NCBI GenBank assembly: GCA_030390025.1
Contig: CM059425.1
Location: 178,748,001-178,812,000, forward strand
Direction: 5' to 3'
Length of the DNA: 64,000 nt
Source: Squalus acanthias
Taxonomy: Eukaryota
In this document: positions 61,860 through 64,000 of the stretch, one piece after another
Layout: each line of letters begins with the position of its first letter
Position numbering within the stretch: the stretch's first letter is position 1
The notes under the pieces: generated by a model
Databases searched by the model: none
What the model was told of the DNA's origin: nothing
Seen by the model: only the letters and a program-made list of their open reading frames with translations
Program-made: the position numbers and the translations under genes

Positions 61860-63681
61860 TAAAGGGGCTGCATGAACAGAGAGACCTGGGGGTATGTGTG
61901 CACAAATCGTTGAAGGTGGTAGGGCAGGTCGAGAAAGCAGTTAAAAAGGCTTACAGGATCCTGGGCTTCATAAATAGAGGTATAGAGTACAAAAGTGTGG
62001 AAATTATGATGAACCTGTATAAAACACTGGTTCGGCCCCAACTGGAGTACTGTGTCCAATTCTGGGCACCACACTTTAGGAAGGATGTGAAGGCCTTAGA
62101 GAAGGTGCAGAAAAGATTTACAAGAATGATTTCAGTTACGTTGATAGACTGGAGAAGCTGGGGTTGTTCTCCTTAGAGCAGAGAAGATTGAGAGGAGATT
62201 TGATAGAGGTGTTCAAAATCATGAGGGGTCTGGACATGGTAGATAGAGAGAAACTGTTCCCATTGGCAGAAGGTTCGAGCACCAGAGGACACAGATTTAA
62301 GGTGATTGGCAAAAGAACTAAAGGCGACATGATGAAAAACTTTTTTACACAGCGAGTGGTTAAGATCTGGAATGCACTGACTGAAAGGGTGGTGGAGGCA
62401 GACTCAATCTTATCTTTCAAAAGGGAGTTGGATAAGTATCTGAAAGAAAAAAATTTGCAGGGCTACGGGGAAAGGGCAGGGGAGTGGGACTAGCTGAGAG
62501 TCGGCACGGGCTCGACGGGCCGAATGGCCTTCTTCCGTGCTGTAACCATTCTATGATTTTATGATTCACTCCCAACACATGAGCCTTCATGTGGCAACCT
62601 GGACAAAGCATCTGCGATTGCATTTTGCTCTGAAGTGCGATATTCAATCATGTGATCATATTGTGACAACAACACTGCCTAATGTTGCATTCTTGATGCG
62701 GCCATTGCAGGGATGGCAATATTGCTAGGAGCAGTTTGTGATCGGTTATCAGGGTAAACTTTCTGCCGATCAGGAACTGTTGGAATTTCTTGATTCCAAA
62801 CACTATGGCGAGTGCTTCCTTTTCAATTTGCGTGTAATTTCTTTCACTCTTTGTAAGGGTTCGCGATGCGAACGTGATTGGTTTCTCTTGGCCAGCATCT
62901 ATTATGACATCTCCCATACCATAGCTAGAAGCATCACACGCTAACTTAAGCTCACGCTCTGTGTCGTAGTGCACAAGTAGATCATCGCTAGAGAGGCTTC
63001 TCTTACAAGCATCGTAAGCTTCCTGTTGCACTTTTGTCCACTTCCACTGGACATCCTTCCTGAGGAGCTCGTGCAATGGAGCTAACATGGTTGCTAACTC
63101 AGGTAAGAAACGTGCATAGTACTGGACCATTCCAAGGAAAGATCTTAACTCAGACACGTTCTGTGGCTTTGGAGCATTGATGACAGCATCAACCTTTTCC
63201 TTAACTGGTTGCAAGCCACTTGCATCAACTTTCAGACCAAGATACACAACCTCGGGCTGCACAAAAGCACATTTGCTCCTTTTCAATTTTACATTGTGGG
63301 AATTCAACCTTTGAAGCACTTACTCTTACACTTCTAGATTTTCTTCCTCGCTGCTTATTGCAATCAGCACATCATCTTGATTGCATAAGCAATTTGGAAT
63401 TCCTTGCAAAATCTTATCCATCGTAGCCTGGAAGATTTTGGGGGAGGACTTTACACCATACGGCAGCTTGGTGTATGAGTACAGTGCCTTGTGTGTGTTG
63501 ATAGTGAGATACTGTTGACTCTCTTTGTCAACATTCAGCTGAGCGTAAGCGTGCGACAGGTCAAGCTTAGAGAAAACCTTTGACCCAGAGAGCGCTGCAT
63601 ACAAATCTTGCGATGTAGGTAACAGGTACTGCTTATCGTCAACTGCTTGGTTGATAGTAACTTTGTAGTCACCACAAACTT

Positions 63682-64000
63682 GGTTCGCGCCCCCGACCTA
63701 CCGCTGGACGCTATGTCCGACAGGGTCAAGGTGGCGTTTTTGCGGCCGGGGCGGCGCAAATTAAAGGGTAGATGCCAGCACCGGCCCCCTCTCGCCTCCC
63801 CCTGCGGGGTGCCAGCCACGATCGGTCAGCCCGGCACTCCTCTTGAGTGCCGGGCTCTTTTGCCGGCACCCCGCTCCCCGGTGGTCTAGCAAGACCCCGG
63901 TGCACGCTGCACTAGGCCCCTCCCCTTTAATCAGGGGAGGGAGGCCTGCAGTACCTCAGGTGCTACGTGCCGACGCAATATTCAATGGGAGCGCCCCAAG
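63682..64000 (-). mobile_element. Family A Harbinger-type element, partial, runs off the window
   Basis: GACGCTATGTCCGA, GCCCGGCACTCCTCTTGAGTGCCGGGC and GCGCCCCAAG match 51480-51870. Confidence 0.82.

Larger units (their letters stand above)
58447..62562 (+). mobile_element. Long CR1 LINE (ORF1 end, ORF2 endonuclease and RT, tail), decayed
   Basis: FASAVGEGL end of ORF1; MYVNAQSVVNK, LGNSDH, YMDFQKAFD, LADD; tail TTCTATGATTTTATGA. Confidence 0.93.
56692..63680 (-). mobile_element. Second Ty3/Gypsy element (3' LTR 56692-56825, PPT, IN, RH, RT), interrupted by CR1; 5' part not seen
   Basis: LTR ends TGTAATATA / TATATTAAA, PPT AGGGAAAAGCAG; integrase ORF 56963-57973; RT/RH ORFs 62648-63319 and 63326-63604 (LPYGVKSSP, NQDD, ACDAS). 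Confidence 0.9.

Noticed and set aside
1..64000. CRISPR arrays, retrons, diversity-generating retroelements or other prokaryotic RT systems
   Set aside because: All RTs belong to LINE or Gypsy classes; no regularly spaced repeat-spacer array or operon structure

Overview
This is eukaryotic, gene-poor, repeat-saturated DNA, most likely from a cartilaginous fish (shark or ray). That assignment rests on an HE1/V-SINE, Deu-domain (SacSINE1-like) SINEs and abundant CR1 LINEs. I found no convincing host protein-coding gene, rRNA, tRNA or CRISPR array. Nearly all ORFs in the track are decayed transposon fragments or shadow frames. The window holds about 11 CR1 pieces, 2 L2, 2 RTE, 1 further CR1/L2-group LINE, 2 Ty3/Gypsy LTR elements with very short LTRs, several SINEs and one hAT-type MITE. 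It also holds a large PIF/Harbinger assemblage: decayed two-gene elements (DDE transposase plus an intron-containing Myb/SANT gene) and at least 10 non-autonomous derivatives. The most interesting observations concern the Harbinger system. A CpG-rich non-autonomous family carries a CRE/TATA/YY1-like promoter module followed by strong hairpins. Two families share termini but have different interiors. Insertion sites resemble a palindromic target consensus. One Myb/SANT-gene exon is fused in frame to a CR1 reverse transcriptase. Coordinates were read by eye: TIR/TSD-defined ends should be within a few bp, LINE/SINE ends are approximate. Family names are by recognition, not database search.
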